A stretch of DNA of 64,000 nucleotides, from the NCBI GenBank assembly GCA_015061665.1, contig SUWC01000001.1, positions 35,737 through 99,736 of the forward strand. Reading direction: 5' to 3'. Positions 21,281 through 29,752 of this stretch are shown here, piece by piece. The stretch comes from Lentisphaerota bacterium (GTDB taxonomy: Bacteria > Verrucomicrobiota > Kiritimatiellia > RFP12 > UBA1067). Position 1 is the stretch's first letter; every line of letters starts with the position of its first letter. The notes below the pieces were generated by a model, which did no database searches, was not told where the DNA came from, and saw only the letters and a list, made by a program, of their open reading frames with translations. A program made the position numbers and the translations under genes.

Positions 21281-22387
21281 ATGCCAAAGGCATCCTACAA
21301 GGTATCCGACTTCGGAACCACGAAGTACGGCGAGAAGGCCCGCAAGTTCACTCTCAAGGGCGCAGGCGGCGTCATCCTCGAGGTCAGCGACTACGGCGGC
21401 AAGGTCGTCCGCCTTTTCACCCCCGACGCAAAGGGCAAGCTCAAGGACGTCGTCGTCGGATTCGACTCTCCCGAGGGATGGGACAACGGCGACCCCTACT
21501 GGGGCGCGCTGATCGGGCGCTACGGCAACCGCATCGCGAAGGGCCAGTTCAAGATGGACGGCAAGACGTACAAGCTCCCCGCGCTCAACAACGCGCCCGC
21601 GGGCATAGGATGCAACCTCCACGGCGGAGCGCGCGGATGGGACGCGTACGTCTGGGACGCGAAGCCGTTCGTGAAGGGCGACAATGTCGGAGTCGTATTC
21701 ACGCACACCTCGCCCGACGGCGACGAGGGCTTCCCCGGCAAGGTCGAGGTCAAGGTCACCTACACGCTGACGGCGAAGAACGTCTGGCGCGTCGACTACG
21801 AGGCGGTGCCCGACAAGAAGACGCCCATCAACATGACGCAGCACGTCTACTTCAACTTCAAGGGCGAGTCCGGCGGAACGATCGAGGACCACATCCTCAA
21901 GATACCCGCCTCCAAGGTCACGCCCACCGACGCGGGGCAGATTCCGACCGGCAAGCTCGCCAAGGTCGATGGAACCCCGTTCGACTTCCGCAAGGGAATG
22001 CGCATCGGCGAGCGCATCAACGAGAAGAACGAGCAGCTCGAGTTCGGGCGCGGCTACGACCACAACTGGGTGCTCGACAAGGGCGAGATGGCGCTCGGCA
22101 AGAAGGCGAAGGGCAAGATGAACTTCGCGGCCGAGCTCTACTGCCCGCTCAACGGACGCTTCGTGAAGATCTACACTACCGAGCCCTGCATCCAGATGTA
22201 CTCCGCGAACTGGGCGGACTACAACCAGACCGCAAAGGGCGGCGAGCACCTTTCGTTCCGCTGCGGATGTGCGCTCGAGACGCAGCACGCGCCAGACTCC
22301 CCGAACCAGCCCAAGTGGCCGACCACTTTCGTCGAGGCGGGCGAGAAGTACAAGACGACGACCGAATTCCGCTTCGGCGCCAGGTAA
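21281..22387 (+). CDS. galM: Aldose 1-epimerase (galactose mutarotase)
   Basis: 368 aa; mutarotase fold motifs (GYDHNW, YCPLNG...; NLHGG); SD GGAG upstream. Confidence 0.85.
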   Translation: MPKASYKVSDFGTTKYGEKARKFTLKGAGGVILEVSDYGGKVVRLFTPDAKGKLKDVVVGFDSPEGWDNGDPYWGALIGRYGNRIAKGQFKMDGKTYKLPALNNAPAGIGCNLHGGARGWDAYVWDAKPFVKGDNVGVVFTHTSPDGDEGFPGKVEVKVTYTLTAKNVWRVDYEAVPDKKTPINMTQHVYFNFKGESGGTIEDHILKIPASKVTPTDAGQIPTGKLAKVDGTPFDFRKGMRIGERINEKNEQLEFGRGYDHNWVLDKGEMALGKKAKGKMNFAAELYCPLNGRFVKIYTTEPCIQMYSANWADYNQTAKGGEHLSFRCGCALETQHAPDSPNQPKWPTTFVEAGEKYKTTTEFRFGAR

Positions 22388-22419
22388 CGCGACAGGAACG
22401 ACGAAAGGATGCTTCTGAA

Positions 22420-22797
22420 ATGATAGAGACAATAGCGACCGCGAACGCGCCCAAGGCGCTCGGACCCTACAGCCAGGCGCTGAAGGCCGGCGGCTTCATA
22501 TACTGCTCCGGACAGATCCCGATCAACCCCGCCACGAACGCAATCGAGGCGACGACGATCGAGGACCAGACGCGCCAGTCGATCACGAACCTCAGGAACG
22601 TGCTCGAGAAGGCGGGCTCCTCGCTCTCGAAGGTCCTCAAGACGACGGTCTTCATCAAGGACATGAACGACTTCGCGGCGCTCAACGGCGTCTACGCGGA
22701 GATGTTCGGCGACACGAAGCCTGCGCGCAGCTGCGTCGAGGTCGCGCGCCTGCCGAAGGACGTCAAGGTCGAGATCGAGTGCATCGCCCTCGCCTGA
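22420..22797 (+). CDS. ridA: RidA/YjgF-family reactive-intermediate deaminase
   Basis: MIETIATANAPKALGPYSQALKAGGFIYCSGQIPINP...; 125 aa. Track ORF 21478..22797 is an over-extension in this frame. Confidence 0.85.
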   Translation: MIETIATANAPKALGPYSQALKAGGFIYCSGQIPINPATNAIEATTIEDQTRQSITNLRNVLEKAGSSLSKVLKTTVFIKDMNDFAALNGVYAEMFGDTKPARSCVEVARLPKDVKVEIECIALA

Positions 22798-22816
22798 GGG
22801 CCCGCGTCACACGGCC

Positions 22817-23455
22817 ATGCTGATAACATATCCGCTCAAGTCCGGACTGTACGTCAACATGACGAACAGATGTTCGTGCTCGTGCACGTTCTGCCTGCGC
22901 AACAACGGCAAGGGCGTGTACGGCACGGACTCCCTGTGGCTGGAGCGCGAGCCCACCGTGGACGAGGTCCTCGCCTCGATCCGCGCGTGGGACCTCTCGC
23001 GCTTCAAGGAGCTCGTGTTCTGCGGCTACGGAGAGCCCACGATGCGCCTCTACGACGTCCTCGAAGTAGCCCGCAGGGTGAAGGAGATGCGCCCCGAGCT
23101 CCTCGTGCGCATCAACACGAACGGACTCAGCGACCTAGTCTACGGAAAGAAGACTGCCCCGCTTTTAAAGGGGCTGGTCGATACGGTTTCAATCTCCCTC
23201 AACACGCCCGATCCCGACGAATACGTAAGGATATGCCGTCCGAAGTTCGGCCCCGGCAGCTGGGAGGCGATGGTCGAGTTCGCGAAGGACTGCACAGCCA
23301 GCGTTCCAGACGTCGTCTTCACCGTCGTAGACGAGCCGGTGACGTCGAAGGAAGCCCAGGAACGCTGCCGCGCGATAGCGGCCTCCGTCGGCGCGCGCCT
23401 GCGAGTTCGACCCTGCGAGACCACTACCGACGGACCGCCTCCGCCAGGGCGATGA
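22817..23455 (+). CDS. Small radical SAM protein (TatD-associated-type, about 210 aa)
   Basis: YVNMTNRCSCSCTFC gives a CxxxCxxC cluster in a short protein. Confidence 0.6.
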   Translation: MLITYPLKSGLYVNMTNRCSCSCTFCLRNNGKGVYGTDSLWLEREPTVDEVLASIRAWDLSRFKELVFCGYGEPTMRLYDVLEVARRVKEMRPELLVRINTNGLSDLVYGKKTAPLLKGLVDTVSISLNTPDPDEYVRICRPKFGPGSWEAMVEFAKDCTASVPDVVFTVVDEPVTSKEAQERCRAIAASVGARLRVRPCETTTDGPPPPGR

Positions 23456-23532
23456 CGTCCACCAAACTGCCGGAATGACGCGGTGCGGCAGGATTTGATA
23501 TAATATTAGCTTCCACAACCAAGGAGGCAAAA

Positions 23533-25011
23533 ATGGGCGGCTTTTGCGGAGTTATATCGAAAGAAGACTGTGTAAACGATCTCTTCTTCGGTACAGACTA
23601 TCATTCACATCTCGGTACGCATCGCGGCGGAATGGCGGTGCTGAAGGCGGACGGAACGTTCCATCGCTCCATCCACAACATCCAGAACTCCCCGTTCCGC
23701 TCCAAGTTCGAGAACGACGTGCTGCGCTTCGCGGGCAATGTCGGCATCGGCGTAATCAGCGACACAGACCCCCAGCCGCTTGTGATGTGCTCAAAGCTCG
23801 GCACCTTCGCCATCGTCACGGTCGGGCTCATCTCCAACATCGACGAGATCAAGAAGGAGCTGTTCGAGAAGAACAACTTCCAGCTCCAGTATTCGACGAC
23901 CTCCGGCATGGTCGGCCCGACTGAGGTCGTATCTGCGCTCATCGCGACGCAGGACTCCATAATAGACGGTATAAAGTACGTCCAGCAGCGCATAACGGGC
24001 AGCTGCTCGATCCTGATCGTCGACGAGAGCGGGCGCCTCTACGCGGCGCGCGACCGCTGGGGCCGCACCCCGATCATCCTGGGCAAGAAGGACGGCTCGA
24101 TGATCGCCCTCATGGAAAGCTGCGCAATGCCGAACCTCGGCTACGAATATGTCCGCGACCTGGGCCCCGGCGAGGTCGTCGAACTGACGCCCGAGTGCGA
24201 CATCACGCTAGTCAAGCCAGGCGACAAGATGGCGATCTGCTCGTTCTTCTGGGTATACTACGGCTATCCGGCGTCGTCCTACGAGGGGCGCAACGTCGAG
24301 ATGACGCGCTACCGCTGCGGGTCGGCGCTCGCAAAGCGCACGCCGACTTCCGCCGACGCTGCGTGCGGCATCCCTGACTCGGGGACTTCCCACGCGCTCG
24401 GATACGCGCACGAGGCGGGCATCAAGTTCGCGCGTCCATTCGTCAAGTACACCCCGACGTGGGCGCGTTCCTTCATGCCGCAGGACCAGCGCAGCCGCGA
24501 GCACGTGGCGTCCATGAAGCTCATCCCGATCCCCGGCCTCATCAAGGACAAGAGCCTTGTCTTCTGCGACGACTCGATCGTGCGCGGAACGCAGCTCGGC
24601 AAGCAGGCGGCGAAGCTCTACTCGCTCGGCTGCAGGGAGACCCACATGCGCATCGCGTGCCCCCCGCTCGTCTTCCCCTGCCAGTTCATCAACTTCTCGC
24701 GCTCCAAGAGCGTGTACGACCTCATAACGCGCCGCTACATACGCGGACACGAAGGCGAGGGCGCGGACCTGCAGAAGTACATCGACCCCGACACCGAGAG
24801 CTACGCGAAGATGGTGGACTTCATCCGCGAGAAGCTGAACCTGACGTCGCTCGCGTTCCAGCGCATCGACGACCTCATAAAGGCGATAGGGCTTCCGGCG
24901 GACAAGGTGTGCACCTACTGCTGGACTGGGCGCGACGTCTCGATACAGGGCGACAACGGCTGCACTCACATGTGCGCGAGCTGTCCCCACGCCGCACAAA
25001 ATGTGATATAA
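23533..25011 (+). CDS. purF: Amidophosphoribosyltransferase (PurF), divergent N-terminus
   Basis: Type I PRTase motif VFCDDSIVRGTQ; SPP/PC motif CPPLVFPCQF; PurF-like C-terminal cysteines CTYCWTG...CTHMCASC; strong SD AAGGAGG. N-terminus is MGGF-CGVI, implying Cys5 after a 4-residue propeptide. Confidence 0.65.
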   Translation: MGGFCGVISKEDCVNDLFFGTDYHSHLGTHRGGMAVLKADGTFHRSIHNIQNSPFRSKFENDVLRFAGNVGIGVISDTDPQPLVMCSKLGTFAIVTVGLISNIDEIKKELFEKNNFQLQYSTTSGMVGPTEVVSALIATQDSIIDGIKYVQQRITGSCSILIVDESGRLYAARDRWGRTPIILGKKDGSMIALMESCAMPNLGYEYVRDLGPGEVVELTPECDITLVKPGDKMAICSFFWVYYGYPASSYEGRNVEMTRYRCGSALAKRTPTSADAACGIPDSGTSHALGYAHEAGIKFARPFVKYTPTWARSFMPQDQRSREHVASMKLIPIPGLIKDKSLVFCDDSIVRGTQLGKQAAKLYSLGCRETHMRIACPPLVFPCQFINFSRSKSVYDLITRRYIRGHEGEGADLQKYIDPDTESYAKMVDFIREKLNLTSLAFQRIDDLIKAIGLPADKVCTYCWTGRDVSIQGDNGCTHMCASCPHAAQNVI

Positions 25012-25078
25012 TACTCTTTATCCGCCATGCGTGGCGGAAAATTCCACGATAAACTCTACGGAAGAAAGAAGGAAAAAG

Positions 25079-26245
25079 ATGAACTGCAGATACAACTGCC
25101 TGAATCCGATCGCCGAGTGCGGTCTGAAGAATCTTGGCGACGGCTATGTCCGCACCGAGAAGTTCGAGGATGCCGAAGCCGTTTTCGTGCGCTCGGCCAA
25201 GATGGACGAACTGGCCGTCGGGCCCAACCTGCTCGCGGTCGCGCGCGCCGGCGCCGGCGTCAACAACATCCCGCACGCCGAGTACGCCAAGAAGGGCATC
25301 GTCGTGTTCAACACGCCTGGCGCGAACGCCAACGGCGTCAAGGAGCTCGTGATCGCCGCGCTGCTGCTCGCAAGCCGCGACGTGATCGGCGGAATCGACT
25401 GGGTCAAGGCCAACGCCGAGGATCCCAACGTCGCAAAGGCGGCCGAGAAGGCGAAGAAGGCCTTTGCGGGAACTGAGATCATGGGCAAGAAGCTCGGCGT
25501 CATCGGCCTGGGCGCGATCGGGCGCAAGGTCGCCAACGCGGCGCTCGACCTCGGCATGGAGGTCTACGGCTACGACCCCTACCTCTCGATCGACGCGGCC
25601 TGGAAGCTCTCCAGCCAGGTCAAGCACTGCAAGAACGTCGAGTCGATCTACCAGAACTGCGACTTCATAACGATCCACGTTCCGGCGCTCGAGAACACGA
25701 AGGGCATGATCAACGCCGAGGCGATCGCGATGATGAAGACCGGAGTCGTCGTCGTCAACTGCGCGCGCGACGTGCTCGTCAACGAGAAGGACATGCTCGC
25801 CGCCATCGAGTCCGGCAAGGTCCGCAAGTACGTCTCCGACTTCCCCAACCCGACGACAGCCGGCAAGAAGGGCTGCATCGTCATCCCCCACCTCGGCGCT
25901 TCGACCGAGGAGGCGGAGGACAACTGCGCCGTGATGGCGGTCAACGAGATGCGCGACTTCATCGAGAACGGCAACATCGTCAACTCGGTGAACTACCCCG
26001 CCTGCACGCTCGGGCCGGCTAACAAGGCAGGGCGCCTTGCGATCTGCCACAAGAACGAGGCCAACATGATCGGCACGTTCACGTCGATCCTCGGCAACGC
26101 CAAGGTCAACATCGACGCGATCGCGAACAAGAGCCGCGGCGACTTCGCCTACACGCTCATCGACACGGATACGCCCGTGCCGGCCGACGTCGTGAAGGCC
26201 CTTGAGGCCAGCACGGCTGTCCTCAAGGTTCGTGTCGTCAAGTAA
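25079..26245 (+). CDS. serA: D-3-phosphoglycerate dehydrogenase (2-hydroxyacid dehydrogenase + C-terminal ACT domain)
   Basis: NAD-binding GVIGLGAIGRKVA; catalytic-domain motifs; ACT-like C-terminus FAYTLIDTDTPVPADVVKAL. SD AAGGAAAAAG. Track ORF extended to 25031. Confidence 0.8.
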   Translation: MNCRYNCLNPIAECGLKNLGDGYVRTEKFEDAEAVFVRSAKMDELAVGPNLLAVARAGAGVNNIPHAEYAKKGIVVFNTPGANANGVKELVIAALLLASRDVIGGIDWVKANAEDPNVAKAAEKAKKAFAGTEIMGKKLGVIGLGAIGRKVANAALDLGMEVYGYDPYLSIDAAWKLSSQVKHCKNVESIYQNCDFITIHVPALENTKGMINAEAIAMMKTGVVVVNCARDVLVNEKDMLAAIESGKVRKYVSDFPNPTTAGKKGCIVIPHLGASTEEAEDNCAVMAVNEMRDFIENGNIVNSVNYPACTLGPANKAGRLAICHKNEANMIGTFTSILGNAKVNIDAIANKSRGDFAYTLIDTDTPVPADVVKALEASTAVLKVRVVK

Positions 26246-26269
26246 AGCGCGCGAAGCCACGGGGGAAGA

Positions 26270-27457
26270 ATGGGATACGCAAAGAGAACGAGACCCGCCG
26301 CGCCCGCTTCCAGCGGCTCCGCGCAGCCTTCCCCCCAGTCCGCCTCCGCCGGAGCGAAGTCCGGCGGCAAGGCGGAGTCAATCTGGAACATGCAGATCGG
26401 CGGGAAGAAGGGCAAGGAGAAGATGTCCCGCACGGAGGTTCTGCTCTTCACTTCCGAACTCGCCGACCTGCTCGAGGCCGGCATGACGCTTGGCCAGGCC
26501 CTGCAGGCGCTTTCAAACCAGGGCGACGAGGCGAGCGGGCAGCGCTACGTATGCCGCGACCTCTGCGACAGGATCGTCCGAGGCGAGAATTTCTCCGACG
26601 CCTGCTTCAAGCACCCCAAGACGTTCGAGCCCCTCTACGGCAACATGATAAGGGCGGCCGAGGCGTCCGGCGCGATGGTCGAGGTCCTTCGCCGCCTGAA
26701 CGACCACTACGAGCGCTACGACAACATGCGCGGCAAGATCAAGAGCGCGCTCAGCTATCCGGTGATCGTCCTCGTATTCGGCATATGCGCGGTGATCGCG
26801 GCGCTGATATGGATCATCCCGCAGTTTCAGAAGGTGTTCGACTCCCTCGGCGCCTCGCTTCCGCTTCCGACGCGCATGCTCATCGGGATGTCTGACCTCG
26901 TTGTCCACTATGGCTGGGCTATGGCGATTGGCGCGGCGCTTGCGGGGTGGTGGTTCCACCACTGGTCCAAGACGCCGTCGGGACGGCTCAAGATCGACGG
27001 GTGGAAGCTCCGCGCGCCGCTTGTCTCCGGCATAATCGCCGCTGGCGCGTATTCGTCGCTCGCGTACACGCTCAAGACCCTCCTCTCCAACGGCGTCAAC
27101 GTCCTGCAGGCGCTCAAGATCGCCGAGGACACGTGCGGCAACGCAGTCATAGCGGAGGCGCTTTCCAACGCGCGCAAGCGCGTGACGGACGGTACGTCCA
27201 TCTCCGGACCGCTCGCGTCGTCCGGCGCGTTTCCGCGCATGATGACCGACATGCTTGCGATCGGCGAGCAGGCTGGCGACATGGCGAGCTCGCTGGAGCA
27301 CATAGGCCGTCGCTACCAGAAGGACATGGACCGCAGCATCGCCACGTTCACCAACGCCCTCGAGCCGATTCTGATCCTCGCGATCGCCGGCGTCGTCGGC
27401 TTTGTCGCGGTATCCATCCTGCTCGCGGTGTTCAAGGTATCCTCTTCCATAGGGTGA
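26270..27457 (+). CDS. Type II secretion / type IV pilus platform protein, GspF/PilC family (orphan)
   Basis: Two T2SSF-type repeats (TEVLLFTSELADLLEAGMTLGQALQAL and LKTLLSNGVNVLQALKIAED) plus TM segments. Low-complexity, A/S/G/K-rich first 50 aa. No gspE/D/G nearby. Confidence 0.65.
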   Translation: MGYAKRTRPAAPASSGSAQPSPQSASAGAKSGGKAESIWNMQIGGKKGKEKMSRTEVLLFTSELADLLEAGMTLGQALQALSNQGDEASGQRYVCRDLCDRIVRGENFSDACFKHPKTFEPLYGNMIRAAEASGAMVEVLRRLNDHYERYDNMRGKIKSALSYPVIVLVFGICAVIAALIWIIPQFQKVFDSLGASLPLPTRMLIGMSDLVVHYGWAMAIGAALAGWWFHHWSKTPSGRLKIDGWKLRAPLVSGIIAAGAYSSLAYTLKTLLSNGVNVLQALKIAEDTCGNAVIAEALSNARKRVTDGTSISGPLASSGAFPRMMTDMLAIGEQAGDMASSLEHIGRRYQKDMDRSIATFTNALEPILILAIAGVVGFVAVSILLAVFKVSSSIG

Positions 27458-27461
27458 CGAC

Positions 27462-28406
27462 ATGTCCGGCAAACTCGACGAGATAGGCGCGAAGATCGAC
27501 GGGCTCGGACTCTGGGAGGCCGTAGCGCCGTACAACTGGGCCGTGAAGCCGAAGGGCACGGTCTTTCCCTATTTCTGCACGCTCATGAAGGGCGAAGGCG
27601 CGCCCGTCAAGGTGCGCTTCCTCATGATAGAGGGCTGGCAGACTTTCCACGACTTCCTGCGCACGCGCATCGACCCCAATTTCGGCTTCTACACGACGCC
27701 GATGGAGATTCCCCATTTCGAGATGATCGTCCTAATGAACGGCGCGACGAAGGTCTTCAGGCACGACCCCGGCTACGTTCCGCGCGAGATCACGGATGCC
27801 GAGGCTGGAATAGTCGAGCGCATCCTCTGGGAGTCCTACGGCGTCATGATGCGCATGGAGTCTGACAAGGGACTGGCGATGAAGTACGCGGACGAGAAGG
27901 CCGTCTTCGCGCGCGTCGAGGAGGAGCCTGGCAAGTGGGCTGACGCGCCGCTTGCGATTCCTGATCCGCGTCCGCACGTCGAGCGCATATCGTTCCAGAA
28001 GGCGGATGCCGCCGCGGCGAAGGACCTTCCGTTCGCGCAGGAGGAGGTCCTTGAGGTTGACTTCCGCATAATGCCGTCGCTGATGACGGTGGAGAAGCGT
28101 CCGCGCTGCGCATACATACTCGGCGCGATAGACTCGAAGACGGGCGAACCGGTGATGCAGCTGAGGACGAGCGTTCAGGCGGACGGCGGGCTGCGCGCGA
28201 TGTGGGAGGGTATGCCTGCCAGGTTCCTGAAGGAGCTGATTGCGCGCAAGAAGATTCCCGGCGAGGTGAAGGTGCCGTCGCTTCGAGTCTTCCGCATGCT
28301 GCGTCCGCTCTGCATGGAGATCCCGTTCAAGCTGTCGTTGCACGACTCGCTGCCGCGCCTGAACGCGGCGTTCGCCTCCTGGGCATCACCCCCTACCGCC
28401 TCCTGA
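27462..28406 (+). CDS. Hypothetical protein (314 aa) of unknown function, immediately downstream of gspF
   Basis: Clean ORF with high-GC third positions; starts 5 nt after the gspF stop. No recognisable motif. Confidence 0.55.
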   Translation: MSGKLDEIGAKIDGLGLWEAVAPYNWAVKPKGTVFPYFCTLMKGEGAPVKVRFLMIEGWQTFHDFLRTRIDPNFGFYTTPMEIPHFEMIVLMNGATKVFRHDPGYVPREITDAEAGIVERILWESYGVMMRMESDKGLAMKYADEKAVFARVEEEPGKWADAPLAIPDPRPHVERISFQKADAAAAKDLPFAQEEVLEVDFRIMPSLMTVEKRPRCAYILGAIDSKTGEPVMQLRTSVQADGGLRAMWEGMPARFLKELIARKKIPGEVKVPSLRVFRMLRPLCMEIPFKLSLHDSLPRLNAAFASWASPPTAS

Positions 28407-28584
28407 TAAGGGCGTGTCGCATTCAACAGTAGCAGGTATTTGCGATGCGTCTGAAATCGCCCGATTTGACGCTCCTCAGACGAAGCTTGCATCCGCTTCG
28501 CAGATAGCAGCGAGGCAGTTGGAACGTTAGCATCCCTCGATTTCTCCTCGCGAGCAGCCCATGGCCCAGACAAGCAACCGCATG

Positions 28585-28745
28585 CGGCTTTCTAGGTTTC
28601 TAGGCTTCTAGAATTCTAGGCATCTAGATTTCTAGAGTTTCTAGAGTGGCCACTGGGCAGTGGCTAAACATCTAGAACCACTAGAACCACTAGCTTACTA
28701 GCCCCAGTCCCGCTAGATGGCGAGCCATTCGCCTAGATGCGCTAC
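28585..28745. repeat. CTAG-rich tandem octamer repeats (TTCTAGRN) followed by a CTAGAACCACTAGAACC / CCCAGTCCCGCTAGATGGCGAG block
   Basis: TTTCTAGGTTTCTAGGCTTCTAGAATTCTAGGCATCTAGATTTCTAGAGTTTCTAGAG; a paralogous block lies at 32820-32885. Confidence 0.7.
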
Positions 28746-28747
28746 TC

Positions 28748-28850
28748 AATTTGAAATCGTGCAGCGAGTGCGCGACGGCTACTCCGTGTTGTCTACGAAG
28801 CTCGGGCGCGTATCCGCATTTGGTTCCCCGCTCCTTGCTATTATGGGTTC
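28748..28850 (+). repeat. Conserved roughly 100-bp repeat element, copy 1 (candidate REP/REPIN-like unit or small RNA)
   Basis: CGTGCAGCGAGTGCGCGACGGCTACTCCGTGTTGTCTACGAAGCTCGGGCGCGTATCCGCATTTGGTTCCCCGCTCCTTGCTATTATGGGTTC. Near-identical at 32168-32270 and, inverted, at 35170-35290. Confidence 0.75.
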
Positions 28851-28879
28851 GGGTCAGGCCATAAGTTTTCGAAAGTGTA

Positions 28880-29135
28880 AGCTAGCGCCCCGCTAAATCC
28901 CCGCGCGAAGCTCCTATTTTTAGCGGAGGGGTGGCGGGAGCGGGGTGTGCCGAGTGAGACGCGCGCAGGCTGAGCCGTTGAATGACGTTGCACGCAACCA
29001 CTGATCATCGCCGAGGCTTGACTGACTAAGCGAAGCTTCTTGTCTTGAGCAAGAAGGCTCAAAGACCTGCGCGGTCGAGACCGAGGCAGCAGCCCCGGCC
29101 CGCCACCCCGTAGCGTCCGTGGGTCGCTGATATAT
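28880..29135. repeat. Further mosaic repeat blocks shared with 32925-33060 (CGCTAAATCC...TTTTTAGCGGAGGGGTGGCG hairpin; CACCCCGTAGCG)
   Basis: Collinear similarity to the 32.9-33.06 kb spacer, including a conserved CCGCTAAA / TTTAGCGG inverted repeat. Confidence 0.6.
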
Positions 29136-29168
29136 GGTATAATAAAGGTAGATGAAAGGAAATGAACT

Positions 29169-29423
29169 ATGCCGTACGCACTGGTAGAAGACAAGATAGC
29201 TGAGATTTCCCCGCAATATCGCGAGGAGTTATTGGCGTTTATTGATTACTTGCTGTACAGGCAGAAGAAGTCCGTTTCGGGGAATGGCGAGTCGCGTAAA
29301 GCCTCATCATTCATTGGTCAGAGGCGCAAGGGTGTCGGGCGCAAGCTTGGCGGATTTGAGGAAGGATTCCAAATGTCGCCGGATTTCGACGCGCCGTTGG
29401 AATCATTCAAGGAGTACATGTGA
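29169..29423 (+). CDS. DUF2281-like small protein (putative orphan type II antitoxin)
   Basis: 84 aa. N-terminal SPQYREELLAFIDYLLYRQKK resembles the DUF2281 pattern; C-terminal DFDAPLESFKEYM. SD AAAGGA. Only a 20-codon remnant follows after an ATGTGA overlap, so no intact toxin partner. Confidence 0.4.
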   Translation: MPYALVEDKIAEISPQYREELLAFIDYLLYRQKKSVSGNGESRKASSFIGQRRKGVGRKLGGFEEGFQMSPDFDAPLESFKEYM

Positions 29424-29695
29424 AATACCTTCTTTGGAGGTTCCCCACTTTTTCTGGCATGAAAAAGGCCACACCCCAGTAAACAAAGGGTGAAGTGGCA
29501 ATTTTCATTTTGTGTTAAGTGAAAATCCACTTCCGGTTTGTAATTGAACTCCGAGCGTTTGGGCTCCCGCGCGGCATCGACGACCCGCTCGTCGCTCCGC
29601 GACGCAACAAGGGCGAGCGTTAGCGAAGCCCCGTCTGCGATGGTCTGTGGTTAAAATACCACAAACTGTAACGCGGCTGGAAGCGGCGGCGCCTC

Positions 29696-29738
29696 CCATT
29701 CCTCATTCCCCGTTCCCCATTCCCCACTCCCCAAATAT
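29696..29738. repeat. C-rich heptamer tandem repeat (CCCATTC/CCCGTTC/CCCACTC x about 5)
   Basis: CCCATTCCTCATTCCCCGTTCCCCATTCCCCACTCCCC. Reverse complement of the G-rich block at 35045-35126. Confidence 0.8.
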
Positions 29739-29752
29739 GCTATAATATTAAC

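Noticed and set aside
29424-29700. Intact toxin partner downstream of the DUF2281-like gene, and the minus-strand ORF 29318..29530
   Set aside because: The coupled frame terminates after about 20 codons. The minus-strand ORF overlaps the antitoxin-like gene antisense and lacks signals. Treated as a decayed TA locus.
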